From: Octopus vulgaris
Taxonomy: Eukaryota
DNA length: 64,000 bases
Reading direction: 5' to 3'
NCBI GenBank assembly: GCA_951406725.2
Contig: OX597841.1
Coordinates: 20,026,001-20,090,000 of the forward strand
A program made the translations under genes and the position numbers. Positions 29,324 to 42,344 of the stretch are shown here, piece after piece. Position 1 is the first letter of the stretch. The number at the start of each line of letters is the position of its first letter. The notes under the pieces are model-generated. The model did no database searches. It was not told the origin of the DNA and saw only the letters and a program-made list of their open reading frames with translations.

Positions 29324-29997
29324 TAACTTTTGTCTGGAATTGGCGAACTACACGAAGCATAAAACGTCAATCTTCAACTTTTGAAGTGCACAGGGACTCA
29401 CTGACTGTTCCCTAATTGGGCCCAGCACTTCCTAGCACCAACTCTGTATGTTTGTACATATGTGTGAGCATTTGTAGGTATATAAACGTTTATATACATA
29501 TAAGAATATTTCAGTCACTCTTAGTGCAACTGGTAGTATGTAGTCTAAGTACAACCTGTTACATGGTTGAGCTGTCATCGACTAAGCTATTAGCCTTACT
29601 AAGCCTGCTTGGTAAGAAGTGTTGAACACTGCTGGATAAAAAACAAAACAAAACCTGTTGAAGAGTGGAAGAACTCAGTAGAGTCAACGGTCATCCAACA
29701 GCTGGGAGTAAGAAACCTGTAGTCTTTATCAAGACATCTCTCTACAACAAGTAAATTTCAAAATAACATCCACTTCATCACAATGTCTTCTTTGTTTCTG
29801 GACTTCTTGGTTTTGTTGGTGAAGCTCTTAGCAGTGTTGTGCAAAATATTATTGACTTTAAACTTCAGCACACGCATTACTGACAGCCATTGTCTTTAAC
29901 ATTTAGGTTAAGAGAGCTTTTCAGTGACAATCATACTTGTCTACAAGTTGACAATCACCATATATATATGAGTGGGGTGGGTGCATGCATGTGTGAG

Positions 29998-30248
29998 CAG
30001 GGCTGGTTGTAAGTTAATTAGACAGATCTGTTCAAATTAGGTCCTGTGCCAAGAGAAGGCCCCATGCACACGCTCGAACAGAGGACACTATGATGAATTT
30101 TTAGTATATCAAGGCCTCAAGGTCTCAACACTTTTTGACTTGGACTAGTGCACTAAATGAAGCATAAAACATCTATCTTCAGCTTTTGTAGAGTAGCGGG
30201 CCACACAAACAATTCTCTGATTGGGAACCATACTTCCTAGCACTGGCC

Positions 30249-30253
<5 letters not shown>
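29998..30253. mobile_element. hAT-like MITE (uninterrupted copy; interrupted copy at ~28535-29445)
   Basis: CAGGGCTGG...CTGGCCCT termini; internal similarity to 28535-28623, 29049-29100 and 29324-29445. Confidence 0.55.
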
Positions 30254-30293
<40 letters not shown>

Positions 30294-31155
30294 TATATGT
30301 ATATCTTTCTCATTCCCTTTCCATTTTTTGCCTTCTGCTTTATTTCATTAACAGTTTCATTACGAAGCCAAGCCGAACCAAGTCAACACTATTCACTAGC
30401 AACAACCTGAAGGACACACAATGCAGCACCATGGAATTTTTACAGGAACTGATTATTTTTGTTATCTTTCATCTTTTACTTGCTCCAGTCCACTCAGCTG
30501 GCAAAAACAAGTTGTACATTGCATTTCAGAGGTACAGCCTTGTCACCTTCTGTGTCATGCTGAATTTCGTTAAAGGTATGCATGTCTCAACCATTTGCAC
30601 AACCAGTGGTACATTAATTTCAGAAGCATGCTGATCCATTGACTGGATCAACTGAAACCCTTATCATTCCAAATCAAATCATTAATTATGATGGAATATT
30701 CTATCTATATCATTTCCATATGAGAAAGGTAAATCTTTTTGCTCCCTTTGTAATAATGAAATGTATTTCATCCTGTTCTCAGAGAATCTCCTTGTAAATA
30801 CGTTTATAGAATGTGTTTATCGTTGCAAACATTGACAAAAAAAATACCTTTAGTTCCTATAAGAGATTTCTACCATTCTATAAAATTTTATATTTGACTG
30901 TCTTCTTACATTTCACTTCCACTAAATATAGCTACTCCGAAGCATTTAAGCTTTATTCCTATTCATATATCGCTCTATATCTCTCCACTATTTGTTGTCT
31001 GCTAATTTCTTTCTTTCTCCTCCTTCTCTTCCAATGAACTACCTTTGACATTATATCTATTAACATTTTTTTTTAAAGACTTACTAGCGTTCCCGTCATC
31101 ATATAAACAGTCATTACATTCTGTTAAAATGTCTTATTGATGTGTTTTTTTTTCT

Positions 31156-31241
31156 TTCCCTGATGAGAAGATTGCATTGTTTTACACCATTTTATTCCTT
31201 GTGGAACAATACTAATGTTTTCTTCAAAACATATGTTGGAA
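31156..31241 (+). ncRNA. Decayed type I hammerhead (GAAA mutated to AAAA)
   Basis: TTCC-CTGATGA-GAAGA...TCTTC-AAAA-CATATG-TT-GGAA; palindromic stem III. Confidence 0.6.
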
Positions 31242-31289
31242 GTAAAAAGATTTGAATAACACTTGTGTTTAACTCCATTTATTTATTTA

Positions 31290-31338
<49 letters not shown>

Positions 31339-31370
31339 TATATCTATATATTTATATGTATGTATGTATG

Positions 31371-31416
<46 letters not shown>

Positions 31417-31489
31417 CATACATACATACATATAAATATATAGATATATATATATATATAATGTTAATGTTAATGTCAATGTCAGTGTC

Positions 31490-32650
31490 ATTAATGTTAA
31501 TGTCAGTGTTCATAGTCGACAGAGTGTAAATACCTTGAGAGAAAAGTTGGACCTAAGAGGAATCAGATGTTGTGTGCAAGAGAGACGATTGCGCTGGTAT
31601 GGTCATGTGGTGAGAATGGATGAAGATAGGTGTGTGAAAAAGTGCCACACCCTGGCAGTTGAGGGGACCTGTGGAAGAGGTAGACCCAGGAAAACCTGGG
31701 TCGAGGTGGTGAAGCACGACCTTCGAACTCTAGGTCTCACCAAGGAAATGACCAGAGACCGAGACCTATGGAAGTATGCTGTGCGTGAGAAGACCCGGCA
31801 AGACCAGTGAGAACAATCAAATTCAAATCATATATCAGAAAGCAGGGGTTAAGTGACCCATCTGTTCGTGTCCGCTGTCAGCCTCGTCTGGTACCCGTGC
31901 CGGTGATACGTAAAAGCACCATTCGCTCATGGCCGTTTGCCAGCTCTGCCTGGCCCCGTGTCGGTGGCACGTAAAAGCACCATCCATTCGTGTTCGTTGC
32001 CAGCCTCGCCTGGCCCCGTGCCGGTGATACGTAAAAGCACCGTCCGTTCGTGGCCGTTGGCCAGCTCTGTCTGGCCCTGTGTCGGTGGCACGTAAAAGCA
32101 CCATCCGTCCGTGTCCGTTGCCAGCCTTGGCTGGCCCCCGTGCCGGTGACACGTAAAAGCACCGTCCGCTCGTGGCCGTTTGCCAGCTCTGTCTGGCAAC
32201 CGTGTCAGTCGCACGTAAAAGCACCATCCGTTCACGTCCGTTGCCAGCCTCGGCTGGCCCCCGTGCCGGTGACACGTAAAAGCACCGTCCATTCGTGGCC
32301 GGTTGCCAGCTCTGTCTGGCCCTGTGTCGGTGGCACGTAAAAGCACCATCCGTTCGTGTCCGTTGCCAGCATCGCCTGGCCCCGTGCCGGTGACATGTAA
32401 AAGCACCATCCGTTCGTGGCCGTTCGTGGCCGTTCGCCAGCTCTGTCTGGCACCTGTGCAGGTGGCACGTAAAAAACACCCACTACACTCGCGGAGTGGT
32501 TGGCGTTAGGAAGGGCATCCAGCCGTAGAAACACTGCCAGATCTGACTGGGCCTGACGAAGCCTTCCAGCTTCACAGACCCCAGTTGACCCGTCCAACCC
32601 ATGCTAGCATGGAAAGCGGACGCTAAACGATGATGATGATGATGATGATA
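31490..32650 (+). mobile_element. RTE 3' fragment with ~10 tandem ~61-bp units in the 3'UTR
   Basis: ORF end RLRWYGHVVRM...GRGRPRKTW; GTAAAAGCACC recurs about every 61 bp from 31910 to 32480; (GAT)n tail. Confidence 0.92.
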
Positions 32651-33257
32651 TATATATATATATATCAAACAATTCAATTGGATACAAACCAAGTAGTTTT
32701 AATTTTATCAAGAAATCAGTGAATATCTGTAGAGTATACCACAAACTATAACAACTGTTCCATTGCAAACGACAAAGTGACCGACCAGCCCAGAAATGGA
32801 GTTCATCAAGTAAACAAAAATCAAATGAAAACAAACACAAAGAATAAATCAAATCATCTGCTTTAATCTCTCCGTATCTTTATCTTGCTTTTTATTTTCC
32901 TTTGCTTTCCTTTTTTGGGGGGGTTTTGTTTGTTCTCTTTATTCACCCCATTTCTGAACAAGTTAATTTGAATTTGTGGTTTCAAGGTATTCTATTACCT
33001 GCTTTAGTTACTTGATACTGGCCAGGCTGGAGCACTACCTTCAAGGTTTTCAGTCAAACATATCAACCCCAGGACTTCTTTTGTTAAAGCCTAGTACTTA
33101 TTCTATTGGTCTCTTTTATCAAACTGCTAAGTTATGGGAATATGAACACACCAACACTTGCCCAAGGTGCCACACAATGGGACTGATCCTGGAACCATGT
33201 GGTTGGAAAGCAAGCTCCTTACTACACAGCCACGCATGTGCTTATATATATATATGT

Positions 33258-33700
33258 ATCATCATCATCATCATCATCATTTAGCGTCCGTTTTCCATGC
33301 TAGCATGGGTTGGACGGTTCTGCTGGGGTCTGTGAAGCCAGAAGGCTTCATCAGGCCCAGTCAAATCTGGCAGTGTTTCTACGGCTGGATGCCCTTCCTA
33401 ACGCCAACCACTCCGTGAGTGTAGTGGGTGCTTTTTACGTGCCACCCGCACTGGTGCCAGACAGAGCTGGCAAACGGCCACGAACGGATGGTGCCTTTTA
33501 TGTGCCACCGGCACGAGGGCCAGGCGAGGCTGGCAACGGACACGAAACGGGGCGGTGCTGGCAACGGTCGCGAAACGGAAAGTTCTCTTACATGCCACCG
33601 GCACTGGTAACACATCTGCAATTTCCATTGATCGATTTCCATTGATCGATTTCGATTCTGATCCTCACTTGCCTCAATGGGTCTTCACAAGCAGAGTTTC
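33258..33700 (-). mobile_element. RTE 3'UTR fragment (inverted relative to 31490-32650)
   Basis: Reverse complement of the 3'UTR including 3-4 units; preceded by a minus SINE A at ~32990-33240. Confidence 0.85.
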
Positions 33701-33706
33701 GACATG

Positions 33707-33745
<39 letters not shown>

Positions 33746-33752
<7 letters not shown>

Positions 33753-33900
33753 TTCGAGACAAAACCACTATTTTGCAAATCAAACAAGGAAAGACTTAAT
33801 CAATACATAAAAACTTTAATATAAATTTAAAATTTTTATGTATTGATTAAGTCTTTCCTTGTTTGATTTGCAAAATAGTGGTTTTATCTCGAATTAATAT
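33746..33900. repeat. Near-perfect ~68-bp inverted repeat within (TA)n
   Basis: 33746-33813 vs 33833-33900; the following 33950-33980 resembles the reverse complement of 3866-3900. Confidence 0.92.
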
Positions 33901-34327
33901 TATATTATATTTTACTATAAAATTGGATTTAATCCTAAATCTGATGTTTTTTCCCTGTAAATTTGGATTTATTCCCTAATATTTATTATTATATATATAT
34001 ATATATATACATATAAGTGTGTGTGCGTATTTATTGTGAAATAAGGTTTAATTTAACCATTTCTGCATATACCTTAATAATCAACACTTACAATTGTTGA
34101 AATAATACTGATATGATGTATTATTTCAAATGTTATAAAGTAGTATTTCAGCCATGACCTCCTGGTAAAATAATTGTAGAGTTGTGCAATAAAACAAGCT
34201 TACTCTATCTATTCTAATTCGTTAATATTTTTATAACTCTGTGTTTGTGTGTCTGTATACATACGTATATATATATATATACAAATATGACCATTCCGAA
34301 ATATAACAATATATATATATATTAATA

Positions 34328-34663
34328 GGCGCAGGAGTGGCTGTGTGGTAAGTAGCTTGCTAACCAACCACACGGTTGCGGGTTCAATCCCACTGCGTGG
34401 CATCTTGGGCAAGTGTCTTCTGCTATAGCCCCGGGCCGACCAATGCCTTGTGAGTGGATTTGGTAGACGGAAACTGAAAGAAACCTGTCGTATATATGTA
34501 TATATATGTATATGTGTGTGTGTTTGTGTGTCTGTGTTTGTCCCCCTAGCATTGCTTGACAACCGATGCTGGTGTGTTTAGGTCCCCGTCACTTAGCGGT
34601 TCGGCAAAAAGAGACCGATAGAATAAGTCAAATGACTGAAACAAGTAAAAGAGTAAAAAAGAG

Positions 34664-34665
<2 letters not shown>
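34328..34665 (+). mobile_element. SINE family A (small 3' deletion)
   Basis: High similarity to 12178-12581. Confidence 0.88.
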
Positions 34666-34749
<84 letters not shown>

Positions 34750-35585
34750 CAGCGGTGGTGCCCCAGCATGGCCGCGTCCTTCGGGCTAAAACATTTTAAG
34801 GATTTAAAGATATATATATATAGATAGATATGTATGTTTATGTATAAATATATATATATATACATACAAACAAACATACATATATATGTATATTCATCAT
34901 CATCATCATCATCATCGTTTAACGTCCGTTCTCCATGATGACGATGATGATGATGATGAATATACATATGTATGTATGTTTGTTTGTATGTATATATATA
35001 TATATTTATACATAAACATATATATATATATATACATATACCAAAGTAAGCGCATAAATGTGAAACAAGGTGGGAAAAAAGAGTACTCAAATACCAGAGG
35101 TAGAGTAATATGCTTTTTTTAAGACAAAAGCTGCTTTTGAATAAAGTATATATATATATATATAAATATATAAATATACACACACACATATACATACATA
35201 CATATATATACACACAAAAACACACACAAACACATATATATGTATGCTTTAAGACATGCACATGCATGTACACACACACACACACACACACACACATACG
35301 TTGTGCACATATACAGAGATACAGACAGACAAAATAACAGAGTGAAATCTAATAGTTTGAGGGATGCGTCTGGTTTGTAGCAACAACTGGTTTCCTCCAA
35401 GAAATACCATTTAATGCTACCATAAAAACAGCAACAGCAACATCAACAACAGCAATGGTCTCAGCTTTCCTCAGCCTGCCAGTTGGCCTCTGTATACCTA
35501 TCACTCCTCCACACCGTGCCAGGTGGAAGGAGTAACGTCCTCCAAAGCAAAAACAATCCAAAAGATGTCTGTTGTGAAGAATTAC

Positions 35586-36120
35586 AGGTGCAGGTGTGGC
35601 TGTGTGGTAAGAAGCTTGTTTCTCAACCACAGGGTTTTAGGTTCTGTCCCACTGTGTAACACCTTGCGCAATTCTCTATTATTGTATCATTGGGATGACC
35701 TTGTGAGTTGAGTGGATTTGGCAGATGGAAACTAAAAGAAGCCCATTGTGTGTGTGTGGTAAGTAGCTTGTTTACCAACCACATGGTTCCAGGTTCAGTC
35801 CCACTGCATGTCTTCTACTATAGCCTCGGGCCGACCAAAGCCTTGTGAGTGGATTTGGTAGACGGAAACTGAAAGAAGCCTGTTGTATATATGTATATAT
35901 ATATATATATATGTGTGTGTGCATGTTTGTGTGTCTATGTTTGTCCCCCTGGTCTGTTTATGTCTCCGTCACTTAGTGGTTCGGCAAAAGAGACCGATAG
36001 AATAAGTACTGGGCTTACAAAAGAATAAGTCCCGGGGTCGAGTTGCTCGATTAAAGGGCAGTGCCCCAGCATGGCCGCAGTCAAATGACTGAAACAAGTA
36101 AAAGAGTAAAAGAGTAAAGA
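35586..36120 (+). mobile_element. Two tandem SINE family A copies
   Basis: Heads at ~35586 and ~35752; tail at 36055-36120. Confidence 0.8.
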
Positions 36121-36184
36121 GTAATATATATATATATATTTGTGTGTGTGTGTGTGTAAATACATACATATAGGTATATATATA

Positions 36185-36858
36185 TCGGTGGCACATAAAG
36201 ACACCATCCGAAGACCCGGCGACGTAGTCAGTCCACCTGTGCATACCTTCCCTCTTATGACACTTGTGAAGACCTGTTGAGGCAAGTGTGTGACACCGTG
36301 GCCATTCGCCAGCCACATCTGGCACCTGTGTCGGTGGCACATAAAGACACCCGTGGCCGTCAAGAAAATCATCCGAACGTGGCCGTAGCCAGTACCGCAT
36401 AGACTGGCCTCCGTGCTTTGGGGACGTAACAAACACCATCCGATCGTGGCCGTCCGCCAGCCTCATCTGGCACCTGTGTCGGTGGCACATAAAAACACCA
36501 TCCGAGCGTGGCCGTCTGCCAGCCTCGTCTGGCACCTGTGTCGGTGGCACATAAAAACACCATCCGAGCGTGGCCGTCTGCCAGCCTCGTCTGGCACCTG
36601 TGTCGGTGGCACATAAAAACACCATCCGAGCGTGGCCGTTCGCCAGCCTCGTCTGGCACCTGTGTCGGTGGCACATAAAATCACCCACTACACTCTCGGA
36701 GTGGTTGGCGTTAGGAAGGGCATCCAGCTGTAGAAACACTGCCAGATCTGACTGGCCTGGTGCAGCCTTCGGGCTCCCCAGACCCCAGTTGAACCGTCCA
36801 ACCCATGCTAGCATGGAAAACGGACGCTAAATGATGATGATGATGATGATGATGATGA
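36185..36858 (+). mobile_element. RTE 3'UTR fragment with tandem units
   Basis: GGTGGCACATAAAAACACCATCCGAGCGTGGCC units and (GAT)n tail. Confidence 0.88.
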
Positions 36859-37089
36859 TATATATATATACATATATATATAAATATATAAGTGTAGGAG
36901 TGATTGTGTGGTAAGAAGCTTGCTTTCCAGCCACATGTTACCAGGTTCAGTCCCAGTGAGTGGCACCTTGGACAAGTGTCTTCTACCATAGCATTGGACC
37001 TACCAAAGATTTGTAAGTGGATTTGGTAGATGGAAACAGAAAGAAGCCCTTTGTACATATATATAGGCATGTGTGTGTGTGTGCATAGA

Positions 37090-37124
<35 letters not shown>

Positions 37125-37129
<5 letters not shown>

Positions 37130-37620
37130 CATCATCATCATCATCATCATTATTTAGCGTCCGTTTTCCATGCTAGCATGGGTTGGACGGTTCAACTGGG
37201 GTCTGGGGAGCCCGAAGGCTGCACCAGGCCAGTCAGATCTGGCAGTGTTTCTACAGCTGGATGCCCTTCCTAACGCCAACCACTCCGAGAGTGTAGTGGG
37301 TGATTTTATGTGCCACCGACACAGGTGCCAGACGAGGCTGGCGAACGGCCACGCTCGGATGGTGTTTTTATGTGCCACCGACACAGGTGCCAGACGAGGC
37401 TGGCAGACGGCCACGCTCGGATGGTGTTTTTATGTGCCACCGACACAGGTGCCAGATGAGGCTGGCGGACGGCCACGATCAGATGGTGTTTGTTACGTCC
37501 CCAAAGCACGGAGGCCAGTCTATGCGGTACTGGCTACGGCCACGTTCGGATGATTTTCTTGTGTGCCACCGGCACTGGTACCACAAAGATACAAATTCCA
37601 TTGATGTTCATCTATTTTGA
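37125..37620 (-). mobile_element. RTE 3'UTR fragment, near-identical inverted partner of 36360-36858
   Basis: Reverse complement shares the same diagnostic variants and lacks one unit. Confidence 0.88.
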
Positions 37621-37648
37621 TTTGTTTTGATTTGATTTGATATATATA

Positions 37649-37691
<43 letters not shown>

Positions 37692-37889
37692 GTTTAAATA
37701 TTTGTTGTGCAAGATTTTTTATGTGAAATCGTGTGTTGAAACAGACATTGTGTGACAAAAGAACTCTGGCCGAAATAAGATTAAGATTAATGTAAAAAAT
37801 AAATAACACTGAAGCAAAGTAACACCAAATATATAGTGCGTGTGTTTTTATTGGCTAAACTGGCAATATGACCATTCCGAAATATAACA

Positions 37890-37950
<61 letters not shown>

Positions 37951-38038
37951 TATACATATATATATATATATACATACACATACATATATATGTGTATGTA
38001 TATATATATATATATACATACATACATACATACATACA

Positions 38039-38069
<31 letters not shown>

Positions 38070-38780
38070 GATGATCACGATGATAACATCATCATCATCA
38101 TCATAATCATTTTCATCGGTTAGTGTCTGTTTTCCATGCTGGCATGGTTGAATAGCTTGACAGAAGCTGTCAGGAGGATCTCTCAAAGCTAATCATGCAG
38201 TATTCCCGATTCCTACAAAACCTCCACATTAAGTTGGATACAACAGTTTCTTTTTGGTTTTATTACTTCTTGTGTTGCTAATCATTAATTATGTATGCAT
38301 TAATGTTTCTCATTAATAAAACCGAATTCTGAGAAAAGCTTTAAATTTTATTTCTTTGCTTCTCTTCATTTTTCTTTGTTCTTCCAAAACTTTTGTTTTG
38401 TATTTTGATTTATTCATTTGTTTATTTATGAATATATTTATTTCTTTATTTGTTGCCAGTGATTTTGCTATTTAATTCTTGGTGCAGTTTTATTCAGTTG
38501 TTATGTCATATGAATGAGATTGTGGGTTTGAGGCTATGTCATATGAATGAGATTGTGGGTTTGAGGTTATGTTTGGAAAACGAAATTAGTCAAACAACAA
38601 TTACAAAATTGAAAGACAACAGAAATGCACACACAAAGATACATACACAAACATACACAAAAGTATACACATACAAGCACAAACATATATATATACACAA
38701 ATACAAACAATGCATACACACAAAACATACAAACATACAAACATACACACATACACACACATAAATATATACACACACAC

Positions 38781-39075
38781 ATTGTTATATTTCAGGATGG
38801 CCATTTTTGGTTCCTTGTCTAATAAACCCAAGTGCTAATATATTCATTCCTCACTCGTTTATTATTGTGCTTATCTTATCTTATGTCCATTACCTGGAAA
38901 TCTTTCATCACACACCTGGGACCTCTTCAGTGACACCTCTGTTCCATGTGTGTCCTCTTGTTCTGTTTAGTCCATTGTAGGCAAAAAGAAAAAATCACCA
39001 TCCTGAAATATAACAATATCTCTTTCAACACACGATTTTACATCAGGAATCTTGCAAAACAAATACATAAACGTA
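38781..39075. mobile_element. PLE-type terminus with short inverted ends and a degenerate minus-strand hammerhead-like core (~38885-38935)
   Basis: ATTGTTATATTTCAGGATGG / CCATCCTGAAATATAACAAT; related pieces at 37690-37892 and 34285-34310; minus strand CTGAAGA-GGTCCCA..TGTGAT-GAAA. Confidence 0.55.
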
Positions 39076-39301
39076 TGTGTATATATATATATATATATAC
39101 ACATCATCATCATCATCATCGTTTAACGTCCGCTTTCCATGCTAGCATGGGTTGGATGATTTGACTGAGGTCTAGCGAACCAGATGGCTGCACCAGGCTC
39201 CAGTCTGATCTGGCAGAGTTTCTACAGCTGGACGCCTTTCCTAACGCCAACCACTCCGAGAGTGTAGTGGGTGCTTTTATTATTTTTATTATTACCATAA
39301 A

Positions 39302-39370
<69 letters not shown>

Positions 39371-39419
39371 TGTTAATACTATTATTACAATTATTATTGT
39401 CATCATTGTTGTTACTATT

Positions 39420-39570
39420 CATTCTACTCCTGGCTAACTTAATGTTTTTACTATTAGGTCCAGCTATTATGGTAGCCATGTTTGGGAGAGTGGAATATGA
39501 AATTCTCACTGATCCTCTAGAAATTATTTTATCATATTTATGGGAGGCTGGGAAATTTTTTTTCTCTAAA
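39420..39570 (-). pseudogene. Penelope-like ORF fragment (RT to GIY-YIG linker)
   Basis: KNFPASHKYDKIISRGSVRISYSTLPNMATII pattern typical of PLE ORFs. Confidence 0.65.
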
Positions 39571-39911
39571 TTACACTGTCTGTGAATAGGATTGGGACCA
39601 TTTGACATTGACCTAGTTCTCTCATCAAATAGCAGTAATTGGCATTTATTAGTGGCAATTGCTGTTTTCAACATGAATTCCATTTATGGAGTTCTGAAAC
39701 CCCCTTTACCCCATTTCTACAATTAAAATATCTTTATTGCTTCCAACCTTACAGCAGTCAGGAACAACCAAATCTTAGTCAGTCAGTGGAAGGACTTCAC
39801 TACCTCATATATTCTTAAAATTTAAATCCACATCTTTGTCTGTATATCTACCTTCTCTATAATGTTGCCACTTGATTGGAAAATTTTTGTATTAATGGAA
39901 AACCTCTATAA

Positions 39912-39997
39912 TTGGCTGATGAGTATTCAGCATCTTAAATCTGTTGTAATACTTACAACATTTAATAAAATGATGTAGTACGAAATGATCGTACCAA
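39912..39997 (+). ncRNA. Type I hammerhead ribozyme motif with intact core
   Basis: TTGG-CTGATGA-GTATT...AGTAC-GAAA-TGATCG-TA-CCAA; GUA cleavage triplet. Confidence 0.8.
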
Positions 39998-40384
39998 ATT
40001 ACCGGAGTCATTCTAGTTGCTTATTTTGATTATAATTACCCCATGGATTTTTATGGATAACACCATACAAAATTCTGGTGCATCTAAATTAAGTACCATA
40101 TTCATTTGAATCTAAATTTTTGCTGAACTTATATACATATATATATATATACATACAGGCTTCTTTCAGTTTCTGTCTGCCAAATCCACTCACAAGGCTT
40201 TGGTCGGCCAAAGGCTATATTAAAAGACACTTACCCAAGATGCCATACAGTGGGACTGAACCTGGAACCATGTGGTTGGGATGCAAGCTTCTTACCGCAC
40301 AGCCATGACCTCATCTATTTGTACTTAATATACAAACACTCACAAATGCACAGACAATTGTACATACTCACACAAATACACAAT

Positions 40385-40415
<31 letters not shown>

Positions 40416-41729
40416 CGCGCACATGCACTTTCATTAAGATACACATTGATTCAGTCTTAAAGGAACACAGATGTGCAGCTGCATACAAGCGCACACAGAC
40501 AAATACACAAACACACACACACACACACAGAGGCACACAACATATACACACACACATATATATACTTGTAACCAAAATAGAAGCAGCTCAAATTTGCATT
40601 TTTTATCTTACCTACTTGTTCATTCCACTCATGCCACACACCTCTCACCCTAATCATACCTTCTCAACCAATATCTTCAAGACACCTATATACGCCCCCA
40701 CAACACTCTCACTACCATTTCTATTATTTGATTCAGTCATTGGAACGTTGCCATGCTGGAGCACTGCTTTGAAGGATTTAGTGAAATAAATCGAACCCAG
40801 AACATAATTTTTAAGCTTGGTGCTTAGACGTGGCTGTGTGGTAAGAAGCTTGCTTCCAAAACCACACAGTTCCCAGTTCAATCCTACTGCATGGCACCTT
40901 GGGCAAGTGTCTTCTACTATAGCCATGGGCCAACCAAAGCTTTGTGAGTGGATTTGGTAGGTGGAAACTGAAAGAAGCCCGTCGTTCAACTCTCATAGCT
41001 GCCTACTTTTTCTATCTTATAAGGGTAAATACCCAATCTTTCTCTGTTGTTCTTACAACTTTGCAGCAAAATACCAACCACATTCAACACTTCCACAGTT
41101 TGTTTATATATATTTATATATATATATATGAGGGGGATGAGTGTGTGTCTTTGTGCCTGTGTTTGTCCTCATCACCACTTGACAACCGGTGTTGGTATAT
41201 TTATGTCCCCGTGACTTTGCAGTTCAGCAAAAAGAGACTAATAGAATAAGTAGCAGGCTTTAAAACGACAAATAAGTACTGGGGTTGATTCATTTGACTA
41301 AAAATTCTATTATAAGGTGGGGGCAGATAAAAGATAAAAGTTCTGTCAGAAAAAAACTGACACAGTCATATGGCAGGCTTCCACACAGTTTCCATTCACA
41401 AGGTATTAATTGGCCTGAAGCTATAATAAAAAAAATACTTGCCCAAGGTACCATACAGTAGGAATGAACCTGAAACCATGTAGTTGCAAAGAGAGGTTCT
41501 TAACCTCACAGCCATATCTGTGCCAATGAGGAAGACATTTTAGAAACAGCAGCCAAATCTCCTTCAAGTCACATTCTACCATCTTTGGAAAGATCACGTT
41601 AGTTAATATGGGTTTCGTTTTGGTGCACATAGGAAAAAGGACAGGAAGGCCATGGCTGGGATGCCTTGGGCTGTTCAATCAGTGAGTCGATTGTTACATT
41701 TCTATTATCTTCAAGACCTCCAGCACCAC

Positions 41730-41776
<47 letters not shown>

Positions 41777-42344
41777 CACATACACACCATACACACATGG
41801 TTTACTGACCTACTAAAAATAGCAACAAATTCCCCTTCCAAACATACTCCTCCATCTTAAGAAAGAATACATTGCGTAAATCTGGGTTCACTATACATAT
41901 GAAGAGGGCAGGATGGTCACGGATGGAACATCTTTAATTATAGGGCTTCTAGATCAAGATGGGGCAGGAGTTAAACAAAATTAATCATTACACATGAGGA
42001 AAGAAGATAAACTTAGATTGGTGATGGTGGTGGTGGTATTGGGGGGTGCATGGAGACTATCATCATCATCATCATCATCATCATTATTGCCACAACCACC
42101 ACGTAGGACCACAACAACCCATCAAGGACCAGCAAGGGAACCTTGATTCATTGCTGGTTTAAAACTGCTGTAAATTGCCGCTAAATCTCCCTCTAGTTGC
42201 AAATGGACTTCTTTTTATAAAGGAAGAACACATAGGCTGATGTAGTCCTAGGTGCACAGGGCCCGGAAACAACACAGTCATCACAGTTGAAATGACTTTG
42301 GTGAGGGGTCAACTGAAAACATGATCAACAATAACCATCACTTG

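Noticed and set aside
31870-32480. CRISPR-like ~61-bp periodicity
   Set aside because: The whole unit is repeated with no unique spacers; it is a LINE 3'UTR minisatellite.
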